In this document: positions 1 through 10,291 of the stretch, piece after piece | Layout of the letters: each line of letters begins with the position of its first letter | How positions within the stretch are numbered: the first letter of the stretch is position 1 | Notes under the pieces: generated by a model | The model's database searches: none | Told to the model about the DNA's origin: nothing | The model's input: only the letters and a program-made list of their open reading frames with translations | Position numbers and translations under genes: made by a program | Sequence record: MZ779063.1 | Source: Staphylococcus phage vB_SauM-UFV_DC4 | Reading direction: 5' to 3' (one strand) | Length of the DNA stretch: 64,000 nt

Positions 1-529
1 TTGATAATTCAAAATCATTTATATCAAATCTAATATCATATTTTACACCATTGACTTCTACTGCATAACCGCTATTTGATTCATTTAATAGTTCTTTCAT
101 TTCTTCTCTAGTGATAGTCATATCATTTAAAGAATTCATATTAAATTTTTCTTCAGGAGTTTCTAATAAATAATCATTGGATCTTTTAATATCCTCTTTT
201 GTACTTTCAGCTAAATTTACATTATTATGCAAATCAGACATAAATGAAGTAGGATCTTTCGGATCAAAAGTTTGTAACGGTGAATTAGTTAATACAAAAT
301 CAAACTCAAAAGCTCTCTCTAATTCTAATTGGTTTCTCATTAATTCAACTGTGTCTTGTTCTATAGTATCAGATGTAACTAAAGGAAACTGTAGTATAAA
401 ATCTCCAGATCTTTGCTTTAATGATCTTTTTCTTTTGTTATTATCTTTATAGTTTTTACTTATACTTGTAGGATTTAAATCTTTTAAAAGACCTATTACA
501 TCCGTAAATAAGTTTACTTTATTGGCCAA
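1..529 (-). CDS. hypothetical protein, N-terminal ~176 codons (gene runs off the window start)
   Basis: Minus-strand frame is open from TTG at 529..527 (GGCGGA SD ~9 nt upstream) to position 1, checked codon by codon. Translation is protein-like (MANKVNLFTDVIGLLKDLNPTS...YAVEVNGVKYDIRFDINDFELS). Track ORF 177..452 (+) is its antisense artefact. Confidence 0.45.
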   Translation of the reverse strand, partial: MANKVNLFTDVIGLLKDLNPTSISKNYKDNNKRKRSLKQRSGDFILQFPLVTSDTIEQDTVELMRNQLELERAFEFDFVLTNSPLQTFDPKDPTSFMSDLHNNVNLAESTKEDIKRSNDYLLETPEEKFNMNSLNDMTITREEMKELLNESNSGYAVEVNGVKYDIRFDINDFELS

Positions 530-613
530 TTTATATTTCCGCCTTTCTTTTTCTTATTATTTTTATAAAGATATGTTTGATCATAAGAAACAATAAAAAA
601 GTAAAAAAAAAAT

Positions 614-655
614 AAATTTAGATATCGTATCAATTAAGACACAATATCTAAATTT
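614..655. promoter_or_regulatory. 12-bp perfect inverted repeat AAATTTAGATAT-N18-ATATCTAAATTT upstream of the leftward gene starting at 529
   Basis: Direct reading; lies in the 5' non-coding region of a minus-strand gene. Operator or cruciform candidate. Confidence 0.35.
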
Positions 656-719
656 TTATGAGTGAGTTATTTTTGAATACCTATCATATTCGAGAAGTAA
701 TTCTTTATTTATAATTAGA

Positions 720-860
720 TAGTATATGTTCATTTATAAAGTTGTCTACTCCATAAAAATGTCCTTTATCATCTATTTCTTTTATTCTATTCTCCAAATC
801 TTTAATTCTTCTTTCTAAATAATCTTCATCTTTATTCAATTTTTTTGAATCTCTCCCCAT
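720..860 (-). CDS. possible small ORF (46 aa, charged/coiled-coil-like: MGRDSKKLNKDEDYLERRIKDLENRIKEIDDKGHFYGVDNFINEHILSNYK)
   Basis: ATG..TAA on the minus strand in an otherwise non-coding gap. No convincing SD; below the track size cut-off. Confidence 0.2.
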
Positions 861-1147
861 TTATATTACTACTATTTAATATATGACATAAATATGCGTG
901 AACGGATTAACCACCTTAAATATAATAGATATAATTTTTTGATTGTTGACCTAATGCCATTTGGTAATCTTTTTATTGTTTAACTCACTCTGTCCACATT
1001 TTGTTATTTTATACTTCCATTCATTTTAGTATAGGGGATCTAAAAATGAATCGGCATATTTATATATCTTAGTAGAATATAGTATATTAATGAGAAGTTA
1101 ATTTCTTAACTTCTCACTTTTATAATATATATTTAAAAATTATTTAC

Positions 1148-1187
1148 AAAAAAAAAATAAGAGGGATTTATTCCCCCTTATCGATGA
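1148..1187 (-). terminator. rho-independent terminator for leftward gene 1213..1710
   Basis: Minus strand reads AGGGGGA-ataaa-TCCCTCT followed by a T10 run. Confidence 0.6.
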
Positions 1188-1212
1188 ATATTATAAGACT
1201 AATTTTCCTCAA

Positions 1213-1710
1213 TCAATAATTATTTTCAAAATAATTTCTATCAAATTCAGGCTCACCTTTTTTATTGTAAATTACAAATGGATATTTAATATTTCTAATA
1301 TAACCATTATCAAGTAAATGACTATTTTCTATTTTCATCTTTTTAATTTTCTTTTCTAATTTATTTCTACTGAATTTTGTTAAATTTAAATCAAATTTAT
1401 AAAATTCTGTATTACCTGCTGTATAATAAAGGTTGTCAAATTGATCTATTGCAAATAATTTTCCAGTAAAACCTACAGCTTTCTTAGTTTTCGTTTTTAT
1501 ATCTTCAATATTTAAATATTCTAATTCTCTACCAGTGTTATTTAGTTCTGTATCCGCCAATTTATTAAAAGATAAGTTACAATTTTCAATTCCCATTTTT
1601 AACATTTTGTTTAGTTCTATAAAAACATCAATCTTAAATTTTTCATCAATAAAACGATTTGAATTTCCATATAATTCTTCTTTTTCTTTTGCAGTTATTC
1701 TTTTGTACAT
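1213..1710 (-). CDS. hypothetical protein (165 aa)
   Basis: Track ORF; SD AAAAGGGTGA 6 nt before ATG on the minus strand. Confidence 0.6.
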   Translation of the reverse strand: MYKRITAKEKEELYGNSNRFIDEKFKIDVFIELNKMLKMGIENCNLSFNKLADTELNNTGRELEYLNIEDIKTKTKKAVGFTGKLFAIDQFDNLYYTAGNTEFYKFDLNLTKFSRNKLEKKIKKMKIENSHLLDNGYIRNIKYPFVIYNKKGEPEFDRNYFENNY

Positions 1711-1737
1711 ATTAAATCACCCTTTTTTATTTTTTTT

Positions 1738-2184
1738 TTATCTAAAACTTCCAAAATAATCGTTGTGTATTTTTGCTTTTATTTGATCTTCCAATAATTT
1801 TTTCTCTCTAATAACATCTTTTATAGTTTCTATTTTTACATTTTCTTTCCTAGCCTTATATTCAACTAATGAATTTGCTTCTAAAAATATCTTATAATTA
1901 TTCATTCTTTTTAAGTCAGACCAATTAAATCCGTTTCTTAAAAGATATTGTTTGGCTTCTTGGTAGTCTACATTTACAGATCTATCAAAATAAGATTTAA
2001 TTAGACCTTCTTTTTCTAAGAAAGCTCTTGTTGCTTTTTCTCTAGCTTTTATTTCAGCTATACGTCTTTCTTCTTGCTCTTTTAGAGATCTTTCAATTCT
2101 TTCTTTTTCTTTTAATTCTTCTTGAAATTTTCTTTGTTTCTCTAATTTTCTACTATTTTTAATTTCTCTAATTTTATTTAACAT
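1738..2184 (-). CDS. hypothetical protein (148 aa), highly charged K/E/R-rich N-terminal coiled-coil-like half
   Basis: Track ORF; SD AAAGGATGGA before ATG. Confidence 0.6.
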   Translation of the reverse strand: MLNKIREIKNSRKLEKQRKFQEELKEKERIERSLKEQEERRIAEIKAREKATRAFLEKEGLIKSYFDRSVNVDYQEAKQYLLRNGFNWSDLKRMNNYKIFLEANSLVEYKARKENVKIETIKDVIREKKLLEDQIKAKIHNDYFGSFR

Positions 2185-2211
2185 TTTAAATCCATCCTTT
2201 TTATTTAAATT

Positions 2212-2232
2212 AGTTGATAATAATTATCAACT
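2212..2232. promoter_or_regulatory. 21-bp perfect palindrome AGTTGATAAT-A-ATTATCAACT in the divergent intergenic region, carrying a TTGATA (-35-like) hexamer on each strand
   Basis: Direct reading; positioned between leftward gene 1738..2184 and rightward gene 2328..3296. Confidence 0.45.
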
Positions 2233-2327
2233 TCATAATTATAATATAAATTTATAAATTAATTTATTACGGAAAATCTACTTTAACATAGCCTTATTAA
2301 AAATAACGATTGGTGGTGTAAAAGAGA

Positions 2328-3296
2328 TTGGCTGAAGATAAGAAAACTACGGAAGAAAAGTTTAAAAAAGCATTAAAAGAAGAAGGAGATATAAAAGAAA
2401 TAAAATCCTTTAATCCATATAGAATGAAAGATAAAAACTCAGAGATATTTAATAAAGGATTACCTTTTATTTTCATAACAGCTCCTAGAATAAATCTAGT
2501 AGACGAAAATATAGGAAGAGAAAGTTTCTTTCTTTATTTAAAATCAGTTAAACCTGATTTATTAAAAAGCTTAAATTTTAGTAATAATGGAGCCTTAAGC
2601 TCAGGTAGACCTTTCATCCCAATCCTTTCAAATAGATTTATGGGAATATCTATTCCCGATACACAAACAACAATGAAAGAATTTCATGAAACATTTTACG
2701 GTTATAAACAACATTTACCGGTAGGTACAGTTAATTCAGTTGCTGGTGGAGAAATAGCTGTAGATTTTGAAGAGAACAAAGAAATAGATGTTATACACTT
2801 AATTAAAGCTTGGAGTGAATATATAGAAGGTGTGACTAGAGGTTATTTATTCCCTTCAGATGATGCTAAAGATAAACGTTATATAGATTATACTAGTTCT
2901 ATATATTATTTCTTATTAGACTTTGATGGTGAAACTGTATTACATTACTCTAAGTACACTGGATGTTTCCCTATAAATGTACCTTATGATATATTCTCAC
3001 AAAATATCGGAGATGATCCAGAAGTTCCTCACGTTTCAATTAACTTTGCTTATTCATATAAAGAAGATATGAATCCTGATATATTAGTTGACTTTAATTC
3101 AGTTTCAACAATGTCTACTAGCATAGCTAATGCATCTGGAACTGAACCTATTAGAGCTAATATTAATAATGCAACTATGGGTATAAAATTAAATTATGAT
3201 GAAATTTATCCAGTTAATACAGGTAATCCTTATATAGTTGCGGGACAAAGAAAAGAAGATAAAGCTAAACCTAAATATAGATTAAGATTTTTATAA
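2328..3296 (+). CDS. hypothetical protein (322 aa), TTG start
   Basis: Track ORF; first gene of a rightward block. Weak SD AAAGAGA. Confidence 0.55.
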   Translation: MAEDKKTTEEKFKKALKEEGDIKEIKSFNPYRMKDKNSEIFNKGLPFIFITAPRINLVDENIGRESFFLYLKSVKPDLLKSLNFSNNGALSSGRPFIPILSNRFMGISIPDTQTTMKEFHETFYGYKQHLPVGTVNSVAGGEIAVDFEENKEIDVIHLIKAWSEYIEGVTRGYLFPSDDAKDKRYIDYTSSIYYFLLDFDGETVLHYSKYTGCFPINVPYDIFSQNIGDDPEVPHVSINFAYSYKEDMNPDILVDFNSVSTMSTSIANASGTEPIRANINNATMGIKLNYDEIYPVNTGNPYIVAGQRKEDKAKPKYRLRFL

Positions 3297-3319
3297 AGAA
3301 AGAGAGTTGAAAATAGTAA

Positions 3320-6307
3320 ATGGCTATAACACAGTATTTCTCTAACGAACAAGAGAAAATAGATTTCCTTAATAATGCTAAAATAGATACTGAAAGCGTT
3401 ATTAAGATAGGAAGTACTTCATACGATGTCAAAGATAAATGGTTCAATATGGCAACTAAGTTCTTTGAAATTGATACTGAAAATACTCCTATAGATGAAA
3501 ATGAAGATGAAGATTTAATTTCATTATTAAAAGCTGGATTATTTGGTTATATTAATGAAATTAATTCACATGAAGTTAAAAACGCTATATATCACAGAAA
3601 TGTATTATACGATGAATTATTCTTGAATACAGCTTCTATTCCTATGTCTATATACAATTTTGCTAAGTTGTATAATGTACCTATTCAAATGGCTAAACCT
3701 GCTAATTTTAAAGTAGATTTTGTTATTAGAAAAGATGACGTACTAAAATTACCTTCTAAAGAGATTGTATCTACTCAAGAAATAGATAAGAAGAAATCAT
3801 TAAAAACTTATGAGATAAAATTATCTAAAGACCAAGATTTTACAATAGGTAGTTTTAAATATTGTTTACCGTATGATGTATCAATGGTATTAAAACAATA
3901 TCCGATAACTAGAGATGGAAAAGATGCGATAGATTATAAAATCACAGCTAGATATGATATAGATAACGATCTATTTAAATTTTCTTCTATTTTAGATAAT
4001 AATGTCAAAGTAACTAAGAATATAATAAATGGTGTAGATTATATGTATTTCTCTTTAGATCTATATCAAATAGAAAGAGTTTCTAAAGAATTTAATATAA
4101 CTAGTAATGATATTGCCGAAAATATTTACTTCAATGTCGGTTATGAAAACCAATTAGCTGGTTTTAATGTATTCTATGAATACTTAGGTACAAGAACACC
4201 TATGGAAACTTATTTTAATAATACTTTTACTCCAGATACAGATAATCCTTTCTGTTATTATAATTTCAAAGATGATAATTCATTAGAAATTTCATTCTCA
4301 AACATGGCTAATTCTTTTAGACCTAAAGCTAATAGCAAAGTTATTGTAGAAACTTTAACTACTAAAGGTGAGAAAGGCAACTTTAGTTATAATGATAATT
4401 TAAATGTAGCGTTAGATTCTAATAACACATTTGAAAAAGTACCAATAACTATTCTTCCTAAAGGTAATTCAGTTGATGGTCAAAATAGACCGGATGTTTA
4501 TACTGAAAAAAGAAGAATAATTAATAAAGCTATTACTAGAGATAATATTATTACTGACTTTGATATTAAAAACTATTTTAATGATGTTAATGACAATAAT
4601 AATATCAATAATTCTTTTATTAACTTCATTAAAAAACGTAATGATCTTTATACACGTATGTATAATGCTTTCCTATTGTTAAGAGATAGCGATAGTAAGG
4701 TAATGCCTACAAATACTGCTCCTTATATAGAACTTCCTAAACCGTATTTTGAAGGAAATACTTCATTAGGTAATGAAGAAGATGGTTATGTAATACCTGA
4801 GAACAGTTTATTTAAATACGACCAAGATAGTAAAAAATACGTTCACATTGAAAAAGGTTTAGATGATGCTGATGAGAAAGAAAAATTTGAAAAAGATAAG
4901 GATTCTTTATATTATGTAAATCCTTATTTAATTAAAATTAATAAATATCCTTTCTTATCTACTAACTATTATAAGCTTCATGTAAATGAACTATTTACTA
5001 CTGAATATAAATACATTAATGAATTAATACCTAATAATATTACAACTACCGATTTATATGTAGAAAAATTAAATGACTTCAAAAATACTTTGGAATCAGA
5101 TACATTTAAATTTAGTTTAGAAATTGGTATGGACAGTTCACTTCAAGAAATGAAAGACTTATTAAAAGTTAGAGCTGTATTATTATCTCAAGAAACTGGT
5201 GAAAGATACGGTTACTTTGAGTTGAATCCAGAAGAAAGTATTGAGTCTGAAAATAATATTATTGATGAGTCAGATTCAACTGTAGATAAATCTTCTTTAT
5301 ATTCAGGAATGATATCTACTAATAGATCTTTCCATAATGGTAAATTATCTATAACGGATTCACTTTATAATGATAAAGGTATAGTACAAGATAATGTATT
5401 TATAGATGAAAAATTTGTAGTTAAAGTAGGATTACTCTATAAAGATGATGATATGAGATATTTCAATGATCTTGATATATCTGATGAAATGAATTTCTTT
5501 AAAGACGAATTCCCTAGTCATAGAGATGATGAAGTTAGAGATTATACATTGGCTTGTTCTATGGAAACTTTTGAAGGAGTATCTATATACAAAGACATGT
5601 CACATGTAATGAATAGTACAGTATCTATGACTGATGACAGTTGTAAAGTAGAATTAGTTCCTTTATTCTCATTAGGATACTTCATGAACAACTATGAAGA
5701 AGTTTATAGTGTTTTAGAAGGTTATAAAGAAATATTAGAAGACGCTATACCTAGATTACAAAATAACACTAGTATAGATATGAAGCTTTATAATACTAAA
5801 GGCCCTTCTAATAATTATTATCTAGATACTGAATTAGACGATGATAATTTAAATAATAAATATATCTCTAGAACGGATATATTATTAGATTTAAATATCA
5901 CTCTATATGCACCTATTAATGATTTCTTAGATGGAGAAATTAAACGTTATATTTCTGATTTTGTAGAAGCATGTAATGAAAAAGGCGTATTACCTATATC
6001 TAACTTAATTAGATTATTAGAACAAAATTTCGATATAATCAAGTATATAGTATTTAATGGTATTTCTGGTAAATATGCTGAAAAAGTAGACAATCATTAT
6101 CAAAAACTACTTAATACTAATATAAACTATATGGATCTAAGTAAACAAGAAATTATTGAATACGTTCCTGAATTTATTAATATCAAAAAATCTCTTAAAG
6201 ATAATAAAGTTGAAGTGAGTAATGAAGATTCAGAGGATGGAACAACGGTTATTGATTTAGGTTTATCTTACGATGATGTAGTTAATATAACTTATTCAAT
6301 CTCATAA
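3320..6307 (+). CDS. large hypothetical protein (995 aa), probably virion-associated
   Basis: Long uninterrupted ORF with a good SD, co-transcribed with a codon-biased putative major virion protein gene. No motif recognised. Confidence 0.65.
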   Translation: MAITQYFSNEQEKIDFLNNAKIDTESVIKIGSTSYDVKDKWFNMATKFFEIDTENTPIDENEDEDLISLLKAGLFGYINEINSHEVKNAIYHRNVLYDELFLNTASIPMSIYNFAKLYNVPIQMAKPANFKVDFVIRKDDVLKLPSKEIVSTQEIDKKKSLKTYEIKLSKDQDFTIGSFKYCLPYDVSMVLKQYPITRDGKDAIDYKITARYDIDNDLFKFSSILDNNVKVTKNIINGVDYMYFSLDLYQIERVSKEFNITSNDIAENIYFNVGYENQLAGFNVFYEYLGTRTPMETYFNNTFTPDTDNPFCYYNFKDDNSLEISFSNMANSFRPKANSKVIVETLTTKGEKGNFSYNDNLNVALDSNNTFEKVPITILPKGNSVDGQNRPDVYTEKRRIINKAITRDNIITDFDIKNYFNDVNDNNNINNSFINFIKKRNDLYTRMYNAFLLLRDSDSKVMPTNTAPYIELPKPYFEGNTSLGNEEDGYVIPENSLFKYDQDSKKYVHIEKGLDDADEKEKFEKDKDSLYYVNPYLIKINKYPFLSTNYYKLHVNELFTTEYKYINELIPNNITTTDLYVEKLNDFKNTLESDTFKFSLEIGMDSSLQEMKDLLKVRAVLLSQETGERYGYFELNPEESIESENNIIDESDSTVDKSSLYSGMISTNRSFHNGKLSITDSLYNDKGIVQDNVFIDEKFVVKVGLLYKDDDMRYFNDLDISDEMNFFKDEFPSHRDDEVRDYTLACSMETFEGVSIYKDMSHVMNSTVSMTDDSCKVELVPLFSLGYFMNNYEEVYSVLEGYKEILEDAIPRLQNNTSIDMKLYNTKGPSNNYYLDTELDDDNLNNKYISRTDILLDLNITLYAPINDFLDGEIKRYISDFVEACNEKGVLPISNLIRLLEQNFDIIKYIVFNGISGKYAEKVDNHYQKLLNTNINYMDLSKQEIIEYVPEFINIKKSLKDNKVEVSNEDSEDGTTVIDLGLSYDDVVNITYSIS

Positions 6308-6345
6308 AAATAAAATTATAATATAAAGAAAGAGGTATAAATATA

Positions 6346-7326
6346 ATGGCTAAAACATTTATTTCTGATTACCGCAAAAAACAAGCTGGTTTAAATAGAA
6401 AAGCAGCTAATGCTTTAGAACAGAAAAAATACACTGATCAAATTAATGAAGAATTAGAAGTTTCAAAAGAGAAAGATTTAATTGCAGGTAGAAATAATAA
6501 ATTACGTGCAACTAACAAGAAAGCTATTGACAATGCTAAAAATAAATCAGAAAGAGAATTAAGAGATTTAAATGCACAAACTATCATGACTACTTTATTC
6601 TCAGCATTAGTATTTAATACTTTCCCTAACAAAATTGCTGACAAATCTAAATTACGTGAGAAAATTGTTTCTAAGAGTAGAATGTTCTTTAACGAAGCAA
6701 TTAATGCAGAATTAGCTGACTATCAAGGTAGTGAAGTATTCTCTAACGCTAAATTTAATGCAGACGTATACGCTAAAGATGCTCGTGGAGTTATTGATCC
6801 TAAAGACTCTATTAAAGGTGCTAAAGTAGTATATCAAAAAGGTAGAACTGAATTCGATTACCTAACAAATGTAGTTGCTAAGAAAATTGAATCAGCTGTA
6901 ATTCGTGAATCTGAATTAGTTGATGTTCGTGAAAAATTAAACGAAAGCTTAGCAGACACACATAAAAAGAATAATAAAACACTATTCCGTACTTTACATG
7001 AATCGGCTATCAATAATATTGTAAATGATGAAGCTTATCTTAATGAAGAAGTTTCAGCAGAAGAAGTTAACATGGATGCTTTAGTAGAAGCTACTTTAGA
7101 TTATACTATTATGGAATTAATCCATACAGCTAAATTGAGCACATTCAATATGGGTGAAGTTCAAAAAGCTGTTAAGAATGGTACAATTAAAGTTAATACT
7201 AAACAAAATAGTAAAATAAAACCTGAAAATGGTTCTACTAAACCTTCAGCTGATGGAGTTAAACCTAGAACTATTGAAAATGAGAATAAACCAAAATCAG
7301 GTTCTGTTAAATTAAACGAAGAATAA
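6346..7326 (+). CDS. abundant virion protein candidate (326 aa; major capsid, scaffold or sheath-type)
   Basis: Codon usage differs from neighbours (CGT Arg, GCT, GGT, GTA, AAA, typical of highly expressed genes). Strong SD AAGAAAGAGG. Followed by the strongest bidirectional terminator in the window. Confidence 0.7.
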   Translation: MAKTFISDYRKKQAGLNRKAANALEQKKYTDQINEELEVSKEKDLIAGRNNKLRATNKKAIDNAKNKSERELRDLNAQTIMTTLFSALVFNTFPNKIADKSKLREKIVSKSRMFFNEAINAELADYQGSEVFSNAKFNADVYAKDARGVIDPKDSIKGAKVVYQKGRTEFDYLTNVVAKKIESAVIRESELVDVREKLNESLADTHKKNNKTLFRTLHESAINNIVNDEAYLNEEVSAEEVNMDALVEATLDYTIMELIHTAKLSTFNMGEVQKAVKNGTIKVNTKQNSKIKPENGSTKPSADGVKPRTIENENKPKSGSVKLNEE

Positions 7327-7339
7327 AAAAAATAATATA

Positions 7340-7381
7340 AATCCCCCTAATACTAAATTAATAGTATTAGGGGGATTATTT
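7340..7381. terminator. bidirectional rho-independent terminator between convergent genes
   Basis: CCCCCTAATACTA-aatta-TAGTATTAGGGGG with an A-run before and a T-run after. Confidence 0.75.
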
Positions 7382-9136
7382 TTAAAAGTCATCAAATATT
7401 TGACCTGGTTCAAATGTTTTATCTTCTTGTGAAGGTGATTGAGCTAATGCACTTGATTTAAATTGATTAGCTATAGTTGACATTTTATTCTTAGCACGTT
7501 CAGAATCCATAGTATTTTCTAAATTAGAACCAATTGATTCTACACCTTTAATTTCAGGTGTTCCTTCATCAACAGCAAGTTTAAATGAATTATCAAATGG
7601 TTGAGCAAAGTATTCAATTCTATCTTCACCCATTTTACCACGACTAGCAATTAGTTTAAATGATAAATGATCGTCTTGAGATTCATCTCTAGCATTTTCT
7701 CTATTTATAATCATACCATAGTCTAAGTTTTCTAATATCATTGCTGATTCTGCAATTTGACTTCTATCTAATTGCTTAGCAATATCTGTTTTATTTTCAG
7801 ATAAAGCTTTTTCTACATTTCTATAAGCTTCTCTGTTTAATTGTGCTGCTGTTACTAATGGTATTTCTTTTTCTTTAGCAAATACTGTAAATTCGTTAGT
7901 GATTTCGCCAAGTCTAATACGTAAATCTTCAATATGATCTGAAGCTCTAATACGTTTTAAATAGTCTTGTACCATCATAATCATTTGATATCCTTGATCT
8001 GCTAAATTCTCATATACTTCATACAAGTAGTCAGTTGAAACTTCATTATTTTTCTTATACTCAACAACTAAACTAATTCCTGTTTTTTCATAAGTATATT
8101 TAATTAATTCATTTACACATTCTTGAGGTGTTTGATCTGACTCACTCATAGAATATCCAGTAATATATTCATACATACGATCTAATGATTCACTCATAGA
8201 ATTTTCCATAGTTAAATAATAAACTACTGGTTTTTTATTAGGATCTAATGATTGTATGTCACTTGCTTTATTAGCTAGTGTAACTGACATTAACATATTT
8301 AATAATGTACCTGATTTAAATGACTTTGGTGTCCCGAAGAATGAATAAACACGACCATTCTCGAAACCTCCATTAATCATTTTATTCAACATTTTATAAC
8401 CAGTTTTTAATTTATTAGATGGATTACGTAATTTTTCAATAGAATCTGCCATTACTTCTACAGCATTATCTACTTCTAAAAAGTTAATAAAGCTATTTTT
8501 AGCACTTCCCGCTCCATTAGAAGTTCTTTTAATAACTTTAGTAACATCTGATATTGGTTCTAAAACTTGTTTAAGTAAATCAGTTGGATTTAATCTATCC
8601 ATAGTAATTTGATCATAAATATATTTAAATACATCTGCTTTTTGATAAAGTTCTAAAGTAGCAAATCTTTCTTTAATATAAGTATTAATTTGATCAATTT
8701 CTCTATCTGACAATTGTTCTATTTCATTTTTATAATAGTTATCAATTGTTTTAAGAGTTTCATATAAATGACTTTCTGACATTTGATTTTTAAATTTATC
8801 GATTAAATGTTCAATTAATATTTCTGGTGATTCAATAGATTCTTCAATTCTTATTTTAACTAATTCTTTAAGAACTTTAATTGTATCTTTTTGATGTTGC
8901 TGCCCTTCATCATATACATACTCTTCATTAATGTTCTCTAAAAATTTATTTAACCTTTTTAAATTAGTTGCATTAATTAATCTATTTTCTGTAATAGTAT
9001 ATTTAACAATTTGTATTAATGTATTATAAGGTATACTTATATTAGCGTAATTTATAAGTTGATTATTTTCATTAATGTAAAAACTTTCGTTGTTTTTTCC
9101 TTTTGAATTGTCTAAAAATGCCATAATGTCAAACAC
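7382..9136 (-). CDS. DnaB-family replicative DNA helicase (584 aa) with an N-terminal extension
   Basis: P-loop-like FFGTPKSFKSGT, Walker B-like QMIMMVQDYLKRI, H3 PLVTAAQLNRE and H4-like ILENLDYGMIINRE in DnaB order. Confidence 0.65.
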   Translation of the reverse strand: MFDIMAFLDNSKGKNNESFYINENNQLINYANISIPYNTLIQIVKYTITENRLINATNLKRLNKFLENINEEYVYDEGQQHQKDTIKVLKELVKIRIEESIESPEILIEHLIDKFKNQMSESHLYETLKTIDNYYKNEIEQLSDREIDQINTYIKERFATLELYQKADVFKYIYDQITMDRLNPTDLLKQVLEPISDVTKVIKRTSNGAGSAKNSFINFLEVDNAVEVMADSIEKLRNPSNKLKTGYKMLNKMINGGFENGRVYSFFGTPKSFKSGTLLNMLMSVTLANKASDIQSLDPNKKPVVYYLTMENSMSESLDRMYEYITGYSMSESDQTPQECVNELIKYTYEKTGISLVVEYKKNNEVSTDYLYEVYENLADQGYQMIMMVQDYLKRIRASDHIEDLRIRLGEITNEFTVFAKEKEIPLVTAAQLNREAYRNVEKALSENKTDIAKQLDRSQIAESAMILENLDYGMIINRENARDESQDDHLSFKLIASRGKMGEDRIEYFAQPFDNSFKLAVDEGTPEIKGVESIGSNLENTMDSERAKNKMSTIANQFKSSALAQSPSQEDKTFEPGQIFDDF

Positions 9137-9148
9137 TCTCCGTTACTA

Positions 9149-10291
9149 TTATTTTTCTTTTGTTAAGTTGATCAAGTCTTCAAAATCTGGATCAATAATA
9201 TTTTTAACTTCTTTCAAATCTAATTCTTTATCATGTTTTATAGAATTAAATTTAACAATTGTTTCAGGTGTATCAAGTTCATCATCTAATATGAATTGAT
9301 ACTTTTCATCTACTTTTACTTCCTTGATATTTTTGTTGTTAAATTGAACTTTGATATTTTTATCAGAACTTGAAATTTGCTTAATTATATCAACGTCATC
9401 CTTAGAACTAGAAACAAATCTTACATAATCATTTTCTTGACGTAACTCATTGATTATTTCTAGTTTCTTTTGGTCTGTTAGCTCCTCATATTGATCCATA
9501 TTTATAGTAACGTAAGTTGGTGCTTCTTCATTTTCAATTAATTCTACATTGTAATTATCTGTATCAAGATCATTAGTTACGACTAAAAATCCTTTATCTT
9601 CAGTATCTTTAAATGAATATCTTGAATATGAACCAGTGTAATATACTTTATCTTTATATTCATGATAATCATGAATATGACCATATACAGAAACACCTTT
9701 AGTAACTCTCATTAATTCTTTTGCTTCTAATATTGGAGCTGACTTAACAGGATTTTCTGAATCATCTTCATCCGGTACAAATGTAACAAAATCAATCATT
9801 CCATGACCAAATATATTATCATACGTATTGTCCTCAACTGAATATAGTAACTCATTATAAAATTCTTTCTTGTCATCTGGATATTCTTCAGGTATATATA
9901 ATACATTAACTTCTTTACCATTATGCTTAATTAACTCTGATTCTAATGAATTAATAATTTTAAAATTATCATACTCTAATTCGTTTTGGTTAAATACATC
10001 AAGTTGATTAAAATCATGTGTTTTAGTTCCTTTAATCAATCTGAGTAAGAAATTTTTATCTTTAGATAATTCAAACATTGTATCCATGAATTCTAGAACT
10101 TCTTTACCAGCAGGTTCATTAAATCTAATAACTCTATCAAATAAATCACCTGAAATAACTACCATATCAATATCATCATTATCTTTTATATATTTTAAAA
10201 AGTATTTATCTAATTCTTCTGATAATTTCTTAGGATTCTTTTTACCATAGTGTATATCAGCTATTACAACTGTCTTAAATTCATTACTCAT
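9149..10291 (-). CDS. calcineurin-like metallophosphoesterase, Mre11/SbcD-type nuclease
   Basis: Motifs IADIHYG, ISGDLFDR, GTKTHD, GHIHDYH. Track start MMKM sits in the SD; MSNEF (ATG at 10291) has proper spacing from AAAGGA. Confidence 0.7.
   Translation of the reverse strand: MSNEFKTVVIADIHYGKKNPKKLSEELDKYFLKYIKDNDDIDMVVISGDLFDRVIRFNEPAGKEVLEFMDTMFELSKDKNFLLRLIKGTKTHDFNQLDVFNQNELEYDNFKIINSLESELIKHNGKEVNVLYIPEEYPDDKKEFYNELLYSVEDNTYDNIFGHGMIDFVTFVPDEDDSENPVKSAPILEAKELMRVTKGVSVYGHIHDYHEYKDKVYYTGSYSRYSFKDTEDKGFLVVTNDLDTDNYNVELIENEEAPTYVTINMDQYEELTDQKKLEIINELRQENDYVRFVSSSKDDVDIIKQISSSDKNIKVQFNNKNIKEVKVDEKYQFILDDELDTPETIVKFNSIKHDKELDLKEVKNIIDPDFEDLINLTKEK

Noticed and set aside
177-452. Track ORF 177..452 (+), 91 aa
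   Set aside because: Antisense to a clean minus-strand ORF that runs from 529 to the window edge; low-complexity S/L/F/N composition.
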